DNA of 64,000 nucleotides from Escherichia coli (GTDB lineage Bacteria; Pseudomonadota; Gammaproteobacteria; Enterobacterales; Enterobacteriaceae), in NCBI RefSeq assembly GCF_003790525.1, contig NZ_CP033635.1; one strand, written 5' to 3'. Below the pieces are notes generated by a model. It made no database searches. It worked only from the letters and a program-made list of their open reading frames with translations, and was not told where the DNA came from. Below, piece after piece: positions 1 to 12,374 of this stretch (the first letter of the stretch is position 1; the number at the start of each line of letters is the position of its first letter). A program made the position numbers and the translations under genes.

Positions 1-1089
1 AATTCCGGCAGGTTGATCGTTCACCAGCCAGCTACCAATCAGCATATAGCTGTCGCCGAATTTCGGTAACGGGTGGAATTGCTGAACAATCATCCCTTCT
101 TCGCCATACGGACCTTCCGCTGCTTCAATGGTTTTGCCGTTCTCAATGATCGACACGTTTGCGCCTTCACGGGAGAAGATCGGTTTAACCACATATTTTT
201 CCATTTGCGGATGATCATCTTCCGCAAAATAAGCGGGCAGCAGGTTCGGGTGATTCGGGAACATCTCCCACAGTAGCGGTAGAAGCGCTTTGTTGGAGAT
301 AATGCTCTTCCACGCCGGTTCCAGCCAGCGTACGCCTGCATCCTCCAGCTTGGTGGAGAACATCTCACGCAACATAAATTCCCACGGATACAGCTTGAAC
401 AGGTTGGAAATCACCTGATCCTGTAAATCCGTGAACTGACCTTTTTCACCTAACCCGATATCGTCGATGTAGAGGAACTCGGTAGCGATTTCAGCTTCCG
501 TCGCGCAGTCCTGCAAATACTGAATGGTTCCGCGATCTTCCACCGTGTCGCGACAGCAGGTGAGATGCAGCAACTGGAAGCCATACTGTTCACGCAGCTC
601 AACGAAGCGATCGATCAGCTTTTCTTGCAAACTGTTAAACTGGTCGCTGCCCTCCGGCAAGTTACCGGCGTTAAGCTGATCTTCCAGCCAGATCCACTGA
701 AAGAACGCCGCCTCGTATAGTGACGTTGGCGTATCGGCGTTATTTTCCAGAAGCTTAGGTTCGCCAGTGCCATCCCACGCCAGATCAAGACGCGAATAAA
801 GCGATGGCTGGTGCGTCAGCCATGACTGGCGCACAAAACTCCAGGTGTGTTTTGGTATGCGGAATTTGGTCATCAGCTCATCGCTGGCGATCACTTTTTC
901 CACCACTTTCAGGCACATCTGGTGCAGTTCGGCGGTGACTTCTTCCAGCTTTTCAACCTGAGCGAGGGTCAACTTGTAGTAAGCATCTTCACACCAGTAC
1001 GGCTCGCCGTACATGGTGTGAAAATTGAAACCGTATTCGTGGGCTTTTTCGCGCCAGTCCGGGCGCTCGGTAATACTGACTCTTTCCAT
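1..1089 (-). CDS. ygiC: glutathionylspermidine synthase-like ATP-grasp protein YgiC (3' end runs off window start)
   Basis: Reverse-strand ATG at 1089-1087; hand translation [24 protein letters not shown]... is continuous to position 1 with no stop; stop codon lies outside the window. Confidence 0.85.
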
Positions 1090-1094
1090 CGGTA

Positions 1095-1766
1095 TCAGCC
1101 ACCCATTGAACGAGAAGAGGTGCCGGTTGCGCTACGCTGCATAGTGCTTTGTTTGGCAACAGATTCACCAAAACCGCCACGGGTAACGGTAGTGGTGGTC
1201 GCCGGTTTTGGTGCCATTGCCGTCTTCGGTACGGTCATGGTGCGGCCTGGCTGGGCTGCGCCATAGTTTTTACCCGTCGCGTCGGTATATTTACCGTAAG
1301 CCGGGCTGGCCGGGTTTTTCGAGGAGAACAGCGGCTGCTGTGCAAATCCCGCGCCGCCGCCCATCAGACGCCCCATCATGTAACCGGCCATCAGCGGCAT
1401 CCAGAAACTTCCGCTGGATTGCTGGGCCTGCGCCTGGTTTTCTGGTGCCATACCAGCCTGGGCTGGTGCCTGCTGGCACTGACCTTCACCAAATTCAGCA
1501 ACACAGTCTTCACGGGTGGCGTATTTCGGCGCAGTACGTTCGGCTTCTTTCAGCGCATTGTTGTACGCGGTGGTACATTCGGCGCTTTTGCCTGGGTTTG
1601 CAGCTGAACAGTCGTCAGCATTTTGATAGAGAGACACTGTTTCATCACTCTTTTCACAGCCAGCCAGCATAAAAACAGTGGCAACCGCGAGAGCGACTGG
1701 TGTCAGATGGCGTGCGCTCCAGTTTTTGCGGAACGATGCGTGGCGTATGGATTTTGTCCGTTTCAT
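1095..1766 (-). CDS. ygiB: DUF1190 family lipoprotein YgiB
   Basis: ORF 1095-1799 trimmed to internal ATG at 1766 ([16 protein letters not shown]...); hydrophobic stretch ending LAGC suggests lipobox; 5 bp downstream gap to ygiC start. Confidence 0.85.
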
Positions 1767-1913
1767 TTTTGTCTTCCGGGACCAGTGGTAAATACCCATC
1801 AGAATAGAGGATGGCTGGTCGAAATTGAAGCGAGAAGGGGGAAGAATGCGGCAGATAACCCGTATCTTTACGTTGCCTTACGTTCAGACGGGGCCGAAGC
1901 CCCGTCGTCGTCA

Positions 1914-3395
1914 TCAGTTACGGAAAGGGTTATGACCGTTACTGGTGGTAGTGCGTGCGGATGTTTGCTGAACGACGGGTGCCGGGCTATCAGGCGCATA
2001 ACCATCAGCAATAGCATTCTGTTCCGGCGTTTGCGGGGCAACGTTTTCCGGATTAGTGGAAACCGGTTTGCTCAGCGCATTGTTCAGTGCCAGAAGATCC
2101 TGCTCGTTCAACGTACCCAGAGCTGATTTAATATTCAACTGGTTAATCAGGTAGTTATAACGCGCATTTGCCAGCTCTTGCTTGGCGTTGTACAGCGTGG
2201 TGGTCGCATCCAACACATCAACAATGGTACGCGTACCGACCGAGTAACCCGCTTCCATCGCGTCTAATGAGCTTTGAGCGGAAACTACGGCTTGTTTGTA
2301 GGCGTTAATGCTACTGATAGAAGCATTAATGTTGTTGAAGGAGGAACGTACGGTTTGTACGACGCTACGATGCGCGCTTTCCAGTTGCTCGCTGGCACCA
2401 ACAAAGTTGTACTGGGCCTGTTTCACCTGCGAGTTAACCATTCCGCCCTGATAAATCGGCAGCGAGAAGCTCAGGCCAACTTTGTTCTGGCCCATATTGC
2501 TATCGTCATACTGGGTACCAGCGGCACCACGGGTTTTCGAACCGCTATAAGAGGTGTCAGAAATCCCGGTAGAAGCCGTTAAATCCAGAGTCGGTAAGTG
2601 ACCATCCTGCGCCTGGCGAATTTGCTCGCGCGCCAGGTCCTGGCTCAAGCGCGCCTGTAACAACGACAGGTTGCGTTTTTCGGCTTCTTTCAGCAGCGTG
2701 TTAACCGGCTGTGGTTTGTCGGTTTTAAAGTTTTCGACATTCAGCGCCGCCAGTTCCGGATAGTAGTTACCGGTGATCTGGCGCAGCTGCTCTACCGCGT
2801 TATCAAGGTTATTACGTGCGGTCACTTCGTTCGCCAGCACGGTATCGTACTGTGCGCGGGCGTTCTGCACGTCAGTGATCGCTACCAGGCCCACGTTAAA
2901 ACGTTGGGTGGTTTGATCTAATTGACGGTAGATCGCTTCTTTTTGCGCCTGTGTATAGGAAAGAACGTCAATAGCATTCAACACGTTGAAATAAGCGGTC
3001 GCGGTGTTGAGGATCAAAGTTTGTTGATCGGTCTGATACGTGACGTCCTGAATCCCAGCTGCTTTTTCCTGCAGCGTTAACGCACGCCATTTCGACATAT
3101 CAAAAATGGATTGAGTTAACTGCAGGGACGCACTGGTCGCGTTAGAGTTGATGCCGTTCGCGTCGCGGTAGCCGTTGCTATAGGTGTAATCTGCACCTAA
3201 ACCTAGCTGTGGCAGTAATGGACTGCGCGCTTCATTAATTTTTTCAAAGGCAGCATCACGATCGGCGGCAGACTTACGCAATTCCGGGTTACTAAGGCGT
3301 GCTTGCTGATAAACTTGCATCAGGTTCTCGGCCTGGCTCAACGAACTGAAACCAGAAAGGCTCAGGCCGATAAGAATGGGGAGCAATTTCTTCAT
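1914..3395 (-). CDS. tolC: outer membrane efflux channel TolC
   Basis: ORF 1914-3434 trimmed to ATG at 3395 giving 493 aa with signal peptide MKKLLPILIGLSLSGFSSLSQA; sequence recognised as TolC. Confidence 0.95.
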   Translation of the reverse strand: MKKLLPILIGLSLSGFSSLSQAENLMQVYQQARLSNPELRKSAADRDAAFEKINEARSPLLPQLGLGADYTYSNGYRDANGINSNATSASLQLTQSIFDMSKWRALTLQEKAAGIQDVTYQTDQQTLILNTATAYFNVLNAIDVLSYTQAQKEAIYRQLDQTTQRFNVGLVAITDVQNARAQYDTVLANEVTARNNLDNAVEQLRQITGNYYPELAALNVENFKTDKPQPVNTLLKEAEKRNLSLLQARLSQDLAREQIRQAQDGHLPTLDLTASTGISDTSYSGSKTRGAAGTQYDDSNMGQNKVGLSFSLPIYQGGMVNSQVKQAQYNFVGASEQLESAHRSVVQTVRSSFNNINASISSINAYKQAVVSAQSSLDAMEAGYSVGTRTIVDVLDATTTLYNAKQELANARYNYLINQLNIKSALGTLNEQDLLALNNALSKPVSTNPENVAPQTPEQNAIADGYAPDSPAPVVQQTSARTTTSNGHNPFRN

Positions 3396-3475
3396 TTGCA
3401 TTCCTTGTGGTGAAGCAGTATTTAGCGCGATCAAACTGTAAAATTATTGCGGATTCTAGCAGAAGCCGCTACCGC

Positions 3476-3498
3476 AAAAGGTTGGCGTTACGTGCCAT
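3476..3498 (-). promoter_or_regulatory. candidate MarA/SoxS/Rob box in tolC promoter region
   Basis: Minus-strand sequence ATGGCACGTAACGCCAACCTTTTG fits the marbox consensus AYnGCACnnWnnRYYAAAY; tolC is a known mar/sox regulon member (from memory). Confidence 0.35.
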
Positions 3499-3599
3499 AG
3501 GGCGTTAATGTGCCTCAATTTAACACATGACTGCTCAAACGGCAGTCAAACGTCGCTGAAATTCACATTTAATTCACTATTAGTGCCAGGACATTAACA

Positions 3600-4229
3600 A
3601 TGCTTAAGCCAGACAACCTGCCCGTTACATTTGGCAAAAACGATGTAGAAATTATTGCACGAGAAACACTTTATCGCGGCTTTTTTTCATTAGATCTTTA
3701 TAGATTTCGTCATCGTCTATTCAACGGGCAAATGAGTCATGAGGTACGGCGGGAAATTTTTGAGCGCGGTCACGCCGCAGTCTTGCTACCCTTTGACCCA
3801 GTACGTGATGAAGTTGTGCTGATTGAGCAGATTCGAATTGCCGCGTACGACACTAGCGAAACCCCCTGGCTACTGGAGATGGTTGCCGGGATGATTGAAG
3901 AGGGTGAAAGTGTGGAAGATGTTGCCCGTCGCGAAGCGATTGAAGAGGCGGGGCTGATAGTCAAACGGACCAAACCGGTGTTAAGTTTCCTGGCAAGCCC
4001 GGGGGGCACCAGTGAGCGTTCGTCAATTATGGTGGGCGAAGTGGACGCCACGACCGCAAGCGGTATTCACGGTCTGGCTGATGAAAACGAAGATATTCGC
4101 GTTCATGTGGTAAGCCGGGAACAGGCATACCAGTGGGTAGAAGAGGGGAAAATCGACAACGCAGCGTCGGTCATCGCTTTGCAATGGCTGCAGCTGCATC
4201 ATCAAGCGTTAAAAAATGAGTGGGCATAA
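3600..4229 (+). CDS. nudF: ADP-ribose pyrophosphatase (Nudix hydrolase)
   Basis: 209 aa ORF with Nudix box region ([22 protein letters not shown]); divergent from tolC as in E. coli. Confidence 0.92.
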
Positions 4230-4652
4230 ATGAAGCGTTACACACCTGACTTTCCTGAAATGATGCGCCTGTGCGAGATGAACTTTTCACAATTGCGCCG
4301 TTTGTTACCGCGCAATGACGCACCCGGCGAAACTGTAAGCTATCAGGTGGCAAACGCACAATATCGGCTGACGATTGTGGAATCGACCCGATACACTACC
4401 CTGGTGACAATAGAACAGACTGCGCCCGCGATCAGTTACTGGAGCCTTCCGTCAATGACGGTGCGTCTGTATCATGACGCGATGGTGGCTGAAGTGTGTT
4501 CAAGCCAGCAGATTTTTCGCTTCAAAGCGCGGTATGATTATCCTAATAAAAAGTTGCATCAACGCGACGAAAAGCATCAAATTAATCAGTTTTTAGCGGA
4601 CTGGTTGCGATACTGTTTAGCACATGGAGCGATGGCGATTCCGGTTTATTAG
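4230..4652 (+). CDS. yqiB: DUF1249 family protein YqiB
   Basis: 140 aa ORF immediately after nudF stop; position and sequence match yqiB. Confidence 0.85.
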
Positions 4653-4676
4653 CGTCGTGAAACCTAAGGACACCAT

Positions 4677-5504
4677 TTGGAAAGCCTGTTAACCCTTCCT
4701 CTGGCTGGTGAGGCCAGAGTCAGGATTTTACAAATTACCGACACTCACCTGTTTGCACAAAAGCACGAAGCCCTGTTAGGGGTAAACACCTGGGAAAGCT
4801 ACCAGGCGGTGCTGGAGGCGATTCGGCCACACCAGCACGAATTCGACCTGATTGTCGCGACAGGTGATTTAGCGCAGGATCAATCCTCTGCGGCCTATCA
4901 GCATTTCGCTGAAGGCATCGCAAGTTTTCGTGCGCCCTGCGTCTGGCTGCCGGGCAACCACGATTTCCAGCCCGCGATGTACAGCGCGTTACAGGATGCG
5001 GGTATCTCCCCGGCGAAGCGGGTGTTTATTGGTGAGCAATGGCAAATCCTGTTGCTGGATAGCCAGGTGTTTGGCGTGCCGCACGGTGAGCTGAGCGAGT
5101 TTCAGCTTGAGTGGCTGGAACGTAAACTGGCCGATGCGCCAGAACGCCATACGTTGCTGCTGCTGCATCATCATCCGCTACCTGCGGGTTGTAGTTGGCT
5201 TGATCAACACAGCCTGCGTAACGCGGGCGAACTGGATACCGTGCTGGCGAAGTTTCCGCACGTCAAATACTTGCTGTGCGGTCATATTCATCAGGAGCTG
5301 GATCTCGACTGGAACGGTCGCCGCTTGCTGGCAACGCCGTCGACCTGTGTGCAGTTTAAGCCGCACTGTTCTAACTTTACGCTGGACACCATCGCGCCCG
5401 GCTGGCGTACTCTCGAGTTACATGCTGATGGCACGCTGACCACCGAGGTGCATCGCCTGGCGGACGCACGCTTCCAACCTGATACCGCTTCAGAAGGCTA
5501 CTGA
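4677..5504 (+). CDS. cpdA: 3',5'-cyclic AMP phosphodiesterase CpdA
   Basis: 275 aa ORF ([26 protein letters not shown]...) with metallophosphoesterase motifs (GDLAQD, GNHD); track start is a TTG at 4677 preceded by AAGGA. Confidence 0.9.
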   Translation: MESLLTLPLAGEARVRILQITDTHLFAQKHEALLGVNTWESYQAVLEAIRPHQHEFDLIVATGDLAQDQSSAAYQHFAEGIASFRAPCVWLPGNHDFQPAMYSALQDAGISPAKRVFIGEQWQILLLDSQVFGVPHGELSEFQLEWLERKLADAPERHTLLLLHHHPLPAGCSWLDQHSLRNAGELDTVLAKFPHVKYLLCGHIHQELDLDWNGRRLLATPSTCVQFKPHCSNFTLDTIAPGWRTLELHADGTLTTEVHRLADARFQPDTASEGY

Positions 5505-6085
5505 TGTCTACGCTTCTTTATTTACACGGTTTCAACAGCTCGCCGCGCTCTGCAAAAGCGAGCTTGTTAAAAAACTGGTTGGCGGAACATCACCCTGACG
5601 TAGAGATGATCATTCCGCAGTTGCCGCCGTATCCTTCCGATGCGGCAGAACTGCTGGAATCCATTGTCCTGGAACATGGCGGCGATTCGCTGGGTATTGT
5701 CGGTTCGTCACTGGGGGGATATTACGCCACCTGGTTGTCGCAATGTTTTATGCTGCCCGCAGTGGTGGTAAACCCGGCGGTGCGCCCGTTTGAACTGCTG
5801 ACGGACTATCTCGGTCAGAACGAGAACCCCTACACCGGGCAGCAATATGTGCTAGAGTCACGCCATATTTACGATCTCAAAGTCATGCAGATTGACCCGC
5901 TGGAAGCGCCGGATTTGATCTGGCTGCTGCAACAGACGGGAGATGAAGTGCTGGATTACCGCCAGGCGGTGGCGTACTACGCTTCCTGCCGCCAGACTGT
6001 CATAGAAGGCGGCAACCACGCATTCACGGGCTTCGAAGATTATTTCAACCCGATCGTCGATTTTCTTGGTCTGCACCATCTCTGA
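5504..6085 (+). CDS. yqiA: esterase YqiA (alpha/beta hydrolase)
   Basis: 193 aa ORF ([19 protein letters not shown]...) overlapping cpdA stop by 1 nt; GSSLGG serine hydrolase motif. Confidence 0.9.
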   Translation: MSTLLYLHGFNSSPRSAKASLLKNWLAEHHPDVEMIIPQLPPYPSDAAELLESIVLEHGGDSLGIVGSSLGGYYATWLSQCFMLPAVVVNPAVRPFELLTDYLGQNENPYTGQQYVLESRHIYDLKVMQIDPLEAPDLIWLLQQTGDEVLDYRQAVAYYASCRQTVIEGGNHAFTGFEDYFNPIVDFLGLHHL

Positions 6086-6110
6086 CGATCAACTCGAATT
6101 GCTAACTTAA

Positions 6111-8006
<1,896 letters not shown>

Positions 8007-8034
8007 TAATCCTCCCGCCAGAAGAATAAAACAT

Positions 8035-8067
8035 AGCCCGGTATACAAGTGTATACCGGGCTTTTTT
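8035..8067. terminator. bidirectional rho-independent terminator between parE and the TonB-dependent receptor gene
   Basis: Perfect hairpin AGCCCGGTATAC-AAGT-GTATACCGGGCT followed by TTTTTT; A-rich on the other side. Confidence 0.75.
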
Positions 8068-8069
8068 GA

Positions 8070-10211
8070 TCAAAATTCCATTTTCACCGTGAATTGCACT
8101 TCACGAGGATCGCCAATCTGGTTGCCCAGATTATTTGTGGCGATGGAAGAGGTGTAATACGTTTTATCAAACAGGTTTTTGACGTTTAATTGCAGTGTGA
8201 CCGGATACTGCAATTTCATTTTGTATGCGGCGAAGGCATCGGCAACGAAATAGCCTGGCAGATAATAGTCAGCCCCATTGGTTGCCGAACGACGGCTTAC
8301 GCCATGTCCACCACCGCCAAACGTCAGTGTGTTATTGCCAGGCATGTTATGAATGTCATAAGTCAGGAATAGCGAACCGGTATGACGAGGAACATTCGGC
8401 AATGGTTTCCCTGCATAATCAGGATCCTCCAGAACCTTAGCATCGGTATAGCCGTAGCTGGCAATGATATTAATGTTTTCAGTTAATGCTCCCGCAAGGT
8501 CGACTTCTACCCCTCTTGAACGAACACGGCCTGCCGTTTTGGCAATGGTTTCATCACCAACACTTTCGGTATACAACACATTACGTTTATGGATATCAAA
8601 CAGCGCAATATCTGCGGTGATACCATCGAATAGCTCGAATTTTGCCCCGACTTCGTAAGCATTAGATGATTCCGGTGGAAGATCGCCAATGTAGCTGGCA
8701 ATTGACGACTGCGGCATAAATGTTTGCGAATAATTGGCAAATAAGGATACCGATGGCGTCAGTTTGTAGACTAACCCCAGTTTGGGAGTCCATTGTTCAT
8801 CGCGGCTGTCAGTATTGACATTAAAAGGACGGCCTTTACCCGCATACTGCGTGTAATACTGATAGCGGATCCCGGCGACGGCAATCCAGTTATCGGTCAG
8901 ATAGAGTGCGTCCTGTGCATACGCTGAGTAGCTCTCCTGTTTGATCGTCTGATCACTGTCCGACGCCGAAACCGTTGTACATTTGCTGGTATTACCATAA
9001 ACAGGGTTGTAGATATTGAAATCTTTAGCTTTTTTACAGCGAATCATATCTGTACGCAGAAGATCATAATATTCATATGACACCCCACCCAGAATCTCAT
9101 TATAGAATCCGGCAATATCAACATTCCCTTGCAGATCCGCACGAGTAGCATGCATACGCTGGGTAGATCCCTGAGTTGCATCAACACGCCGTGTCAGTGT
9201 TCCTGTCGTTGCATCATACGCGGTAACACGCGCCTGATTATCGCTGTATTTATCCTGGCTGTAGCTGTAATCAAAGCGCGCTGTCCACTGGCTATTGAGA
9301 TGATATTCTGCGTTGAGTTGCGCCAGATCGGACTTTCCATCTGTAATATTAAACGGTTCGTCAAAACGTATTTTTCGATCAACGTTTACGGGCTGTTTCG
9401 TCGTAAGGTCGAAAATCGTTCCACGATCGAACGGAGTTTTATAGTCCCGATGGGAATAGAGCATAGTTACTGTTGCATTATCACCAAACCAGGTGAGTGA
9501 CGGGGCAATAAATGTACTGCGCTCTTTACCGAAGTTTCGCCAGTAATCTTCATCCTGCACTTCCCCGGTAAGGCGATACGCCAGCTGAGTGCCTTCAATG
9601 GGACCTGTGATATCAAGTTGCCCAGTGCCGCCACCAAAACTGGAGGAGGTGGCTGAAACCGAACCATGGAATGTTTTTTCCGGGCGCTTGGTCACGACGT
9701 TAATCAGTCCACCAGGATCGAGAATGCCATACAGCGTGGAGGCCGGACCTTTTAGCACTTCCACACGTTCTGTGGCGGCGTTGAAACTGCGAGGAAGTAC
9801 AGTTCGCAGGCCGTTGGTCATGATGGAGCCATCCCGGTTAGCACCAAACCCACGACGTACAAAGGCGTCCTGAGTTCCGCCTAATGTATTGGTCTGTACC
9901 ACGTTACTGACGTTATAAAGCGCTTCATCCAGCGTCGTCGCATTCTGATTTTCCAGAACCTGATCGCTAACAGTATTGACCACCTGCGGGATATCCAGCA
10001 TCGGCATATCGGTTAATGTCGCCGTGGAAGTGCTCAGAGGTTGATAACCATCGGTTGCCTCAGTTGCGGTATTTGCATCTGCTGTAACAGTGATTGTTTC
10101 GCCATCTTTGGTCGTTACAGAGTCTGTTGCATGAATCATCGGTGCCGCAAAAAGCAGTGAAAAGAGCGCCCGACCTTTGAGTCCTGAGAATGAAGGTGTG
10201 AACATAGCCAT
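8070..10211 (-). CDS. TonB-dependent siderophore receptor (Fit-like outer membrane receptor)
   Basis: 713 aa ORF; signal peptide, TonB-box-like ETITVTA near N-terminus, C-terminal ...TVKMEF with terminal Phe typical of beta-barrel OMPs; organisation resembles the E. coli Fit system as I recall it. Confidence 0.85.
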   Translation of the reverse strand: MAMFTPSFSGLKGRALFSLLFAAPMIHATDSVTTKDGETITVTADANTATEATDGYQPLSTSTATLTDMPMLDIPQVVNTVSDQVLENQNATTLDEALYNVSNVVQTNTLGGTQDAFVRRGFGANRDGSIMTNGLRTVLPRSFNAATERVEVLKGPASTLYGILDPGGLINVVTKRPEKTFHGSVSATSSSFGGGTGQLDITGPIEGTQLAYRLTGEVQDEDYWRNFGKERSTFIAPSLTWFGDNATVTMLYSHRDYKTPFDRGTIFDLTTKQPVNVDRKIRFDEPFNITDGKSDLAQLNAEYHLNSQWTARFDYSYSQDKYSDNQARVTAYDATTGTLTRRVDATQGSTQRMHATRADLQGNVDIAGFYNEILGGVSYEYYDLLRTDMIRCKKAKDFNIYNPVYGNTSKCTTVSASDSDQTIKQESYSAYAQDALYLTDNWIAVAGIRYQYYTQYAGKGRPFNVNTDSRDEQWTPKLGLVYKLTPSVSLFANYSQTFMPQSSIASYIGDLPPESSNAYEVGAKFELFDGITADIALFDIHKRNVLYTESVGDETIAKTAGRVRSRGVEVDLAGALTENINIIASYGYTDAKVLEDPDYAGKPLPNVPRHTGSLFLTYDIHNMPGNNTLTFGGGGHGVSRRSATNGADYYLPGYFVADAFAAYKMKLQYPVTLQLNVKNLFDKTYYTSSIATNNLGNQIGDPREVQFTVKMEF

Positions 10212-10308
10212 TTAGTCTGTTATCCCAAAAACTCGCGGATTGTCGCGAGTGAAAATTGTTTCTTATTGCTCACTAAGCACTATCCGTTTGTTATTTCGCC
10301 ATCGGATA

Positions 10309-10330
10309 TGTAATTGAGAATCATTCAATC
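10309..10330. promoter_or_regulatory. candidate Fur box in divergent receptor/ABC operon control region
   Basis: TAATTGAGAATCATTCAATC resembles Fur consensus GATAATGATAATCATTATC; a second AATGAGAAAT-like element lies about 25 bp downstream; sits in an AT-rich 373 bp intergenic. Confidence 0.45.
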
Positions 10331-10584
10331 ACGCAGTAATGTAGTAGTAAATGAGAAATAACAAAAAATTGCTACATGTGTTTTTATGAAAAGTTTATAC
10401 AATTTGATTGCTTTTAATTTATTGATATTTAATGGTTTTGTTTTTATGTGCAAAAATATTTTACCTGTTATTTACCTTGTTTTTGTGTGGCTTTTAACTG
10501 CTTGACTACTACATTTTGTGGCGTCAAACTCTCAAAGGAGAATGAGTTTTATTTTTGTTTGTCTTTGATTAAGTTGGCGTACAC

Positions 10585-11394
10585 GTGGCACATAACGCAA
10601 AAGGGCAGGGGCTGATCCTCGACAATGTTTCTGCCGGGTATCACAAGAAAATCATTGTTGATGGTGTTTCTTTCTCCGTTCCCACAGAAAAAATGACCGT
10701 TCTGGTTGGGGCAAACGGCTGTGGAAAGTCGACGCTGCTCAGCACCATTGCTCGTATCTTGCAACCCATGGGCGGTTCGATATTGCTGGATGGTAAAGCG
10801 ATTCACGAGCAACCAACGAAAGCGTTATCCCGTAGACTTGGGATCTTGCCGCAGTCGCCATTATTGCCGGAGGGCTTAACCGTTTATGAACTGGTGTCGC
10901 GTGGGCGTTTTCCCTGGCAGAATTTCATTCGTCAATGGAGCGACGCCGATGAGCTGGCGGTAGAAGAGGCCCTGAAATTAACGGGTACGCAGGAGTTTGC
11001 ACATTTACCTGTTGAAAAACTCTCTGGTGGGCAGCGCCAGCGTTGCTGGATTGCGATGGTGTTGGCGCAAAAGACGCCTTATATCCTGCTGGATGAACCC
11101 ACAACCTGGCTTGATTTACGTTATCAGGTTGAAATTCTTGAGTTATTACATGATTTAACGCGTCATCACGGGCGTACAGTCGTCGTGGTGTTGCATGATC
11201 TGAATTTTGCCGTCAATTATGGCGATACGTTGATATTTTTACGCCAGGGGAAAGTGGTGCGTGTGTTGAATGAGGGGGAGCATTGCACGCCTGAGCTGGT
11301 AAAAGCGGTCTTTGACGTTGATGTTCACGCATCAATAAATCCTCTGACGGGAAAGCCGTTCTTCATGCCGTTTCGTGGTGTAGAAAAAGTATGA
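10585..11394 (+). CDS. iron-siderophore ABC transporter ATP-binding protein
   Basis: 269 aa from GTG at 10585 (exact start uncertain); Walker A GANGCGKST, ABC signature LSGGQRQR, Walker B ILLDEPTTWLD. Confidence 0.85.
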   Translation: MAHNAKGQGLILDNVSAGYHKKIIVDGVSFSVPTEKMTVLVGANGCGKSTLLSTIARILQPMGGSILLDGKAIHEQPTKALSRRLGILPQSPLLPEGLTVYELVSRGRFPWQNFIRQWSDADELAVEEALKLTGTQEFAHLPVEKLSGGQRQRCWIAMVLAQKTPYILLDEPTTWLDLRYQVEILELLHDLTRHHGRTVVVVLHDLNFAVNYGDTLIFLRQGKVVRVLNEGEHCTPELVKAVFDVDVHASINPLTGKPFFMPFRGVEKV

Positions 11395-12374
11395 TGCGCA
11401 CAGGGCTGGTTACTGTAATTTTCCTCGCCTTACTGCTGGTGGGATGCGTGGTATATCCAGGGATTGGTGCCCGATTTATTGCACCACAAACGGTGTTGCA
11501 GGCATTTCTTCATTTTGATCCGCAAAACTTCGATCACAACGTAATTGTAAGACTCCGTTTGCCGCGTTTAGCGGCAGCATTGCTTACCGGTGCTTCTCTT
11601 GGAGTTGCTGGTGCTTTGTTGCAGGCTGTCATTCGTAACCCATTGGGGGAGCCACATATTTTAGGCTTAAATGCCGGAGCCGCTCTTGCTGTCGTTGCTG
11701 CCAGTGCGCTTGGGCTGGCCTTTCCGGTTGGACGCCCACTGCTGGCATCTACGGGCGGCGCGTTATTGTTCCTGTTGATATTGCTGCTTTCCTCCGCAGG
11801 GCGTTCAGGGTTAACGCCAATGAAAGTTACTTTATGCGGCGTGGCGCTATCGGCGTTCGTGTCCTCAATAACGGCTGCAATCCTGATTCTTGACGAACAA
11901 ACACTGCTGGCGATGCGGACATGGCTAGCAGGTGATTTAGCGGGGCAGGATTGGGCGACGCTGGGTACGTCCGCCTGGTTTTCTCTGGGGGGATTTGTGT
12001 TAGCCCTTTACCTTGCACCCTCCCTTAACATGTTGGCACTGGGCGATCGCATGGCGCAGGGGCTGGGCGTCTCTGTATTCCGCACGCGAACATTCACCCT
12101 GCTTGCGATCGCGTTGCTCTGTGGCGCAGCCGTATCGATTGCTGGCCCCATTGGTTTTGTCGGCCTGCTAGTACCGCAGATTGTCCGGCGTCTGGTATCA
12201 GCGGATCTGCGCGTTCTGCTCCCTCTTTCAGCTTGTGTCGGCGCACTTTTGTTATTACTGGCAGATATTATTGCCCGTACGCTTTTCACACCCCATGAGT
12301 TAGCGACCGGTGTCATGACGGCGTTAGTTGGTGCGCCTGTTTTTGTCATTATGGCGACGAGGATGTTCAAATGA
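11391..12374 (+). CDS. iron-siderophore ABC transporter permease (FecCD family)
   Basis: 327 aa polytopic hydrophobic ORF; 4 nt start/stop overlap with upstream ATPase gene. Confidence 0.85.
   Translation: MMRTGLVTVIFLALLLVGCVVYPGIGARFIAPQTVLQAFLHFDPQNFDHNVIVRLRLPRLAAALLTGASLGVAGALLQAVIRNPLGEPHILGLNAGAALAVVAASALGLAFPVGRPLLASTGGALLFLLILLLSSAGRSGLTPMKVTLCGVALSAFVSSITAAILILDEQTLLAMRTWLAGDLAGQDWATLGTSAWFSLGGFVLALYLAPSLNMLALGDRMAQGLGVSVFRTRTFTLLAIALLCGAAVSIAGPIGFVGLLVPQIVRRLVSADLRVLLPLSACVGALLLLLADIIARTLFTPHELATGVMTALVGAPVFVIMATRMFK

Noticed and set aside
847-1672. Several plus-strand ORFs (847-1266, 1149-1607, 1208-1672)
   Set aside because: Antisense to ygiC and ygiB; Arg/Gly/Trp-rich translations typical of spurious frames.
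10549-10812. 87 aa minus-strand ORF spanning the ABC ATPase start
   Set aside because: Overlaps the well-supported ATPase N-terminus (Walker A region) on the opposite strand; no RBS or conservation argument.
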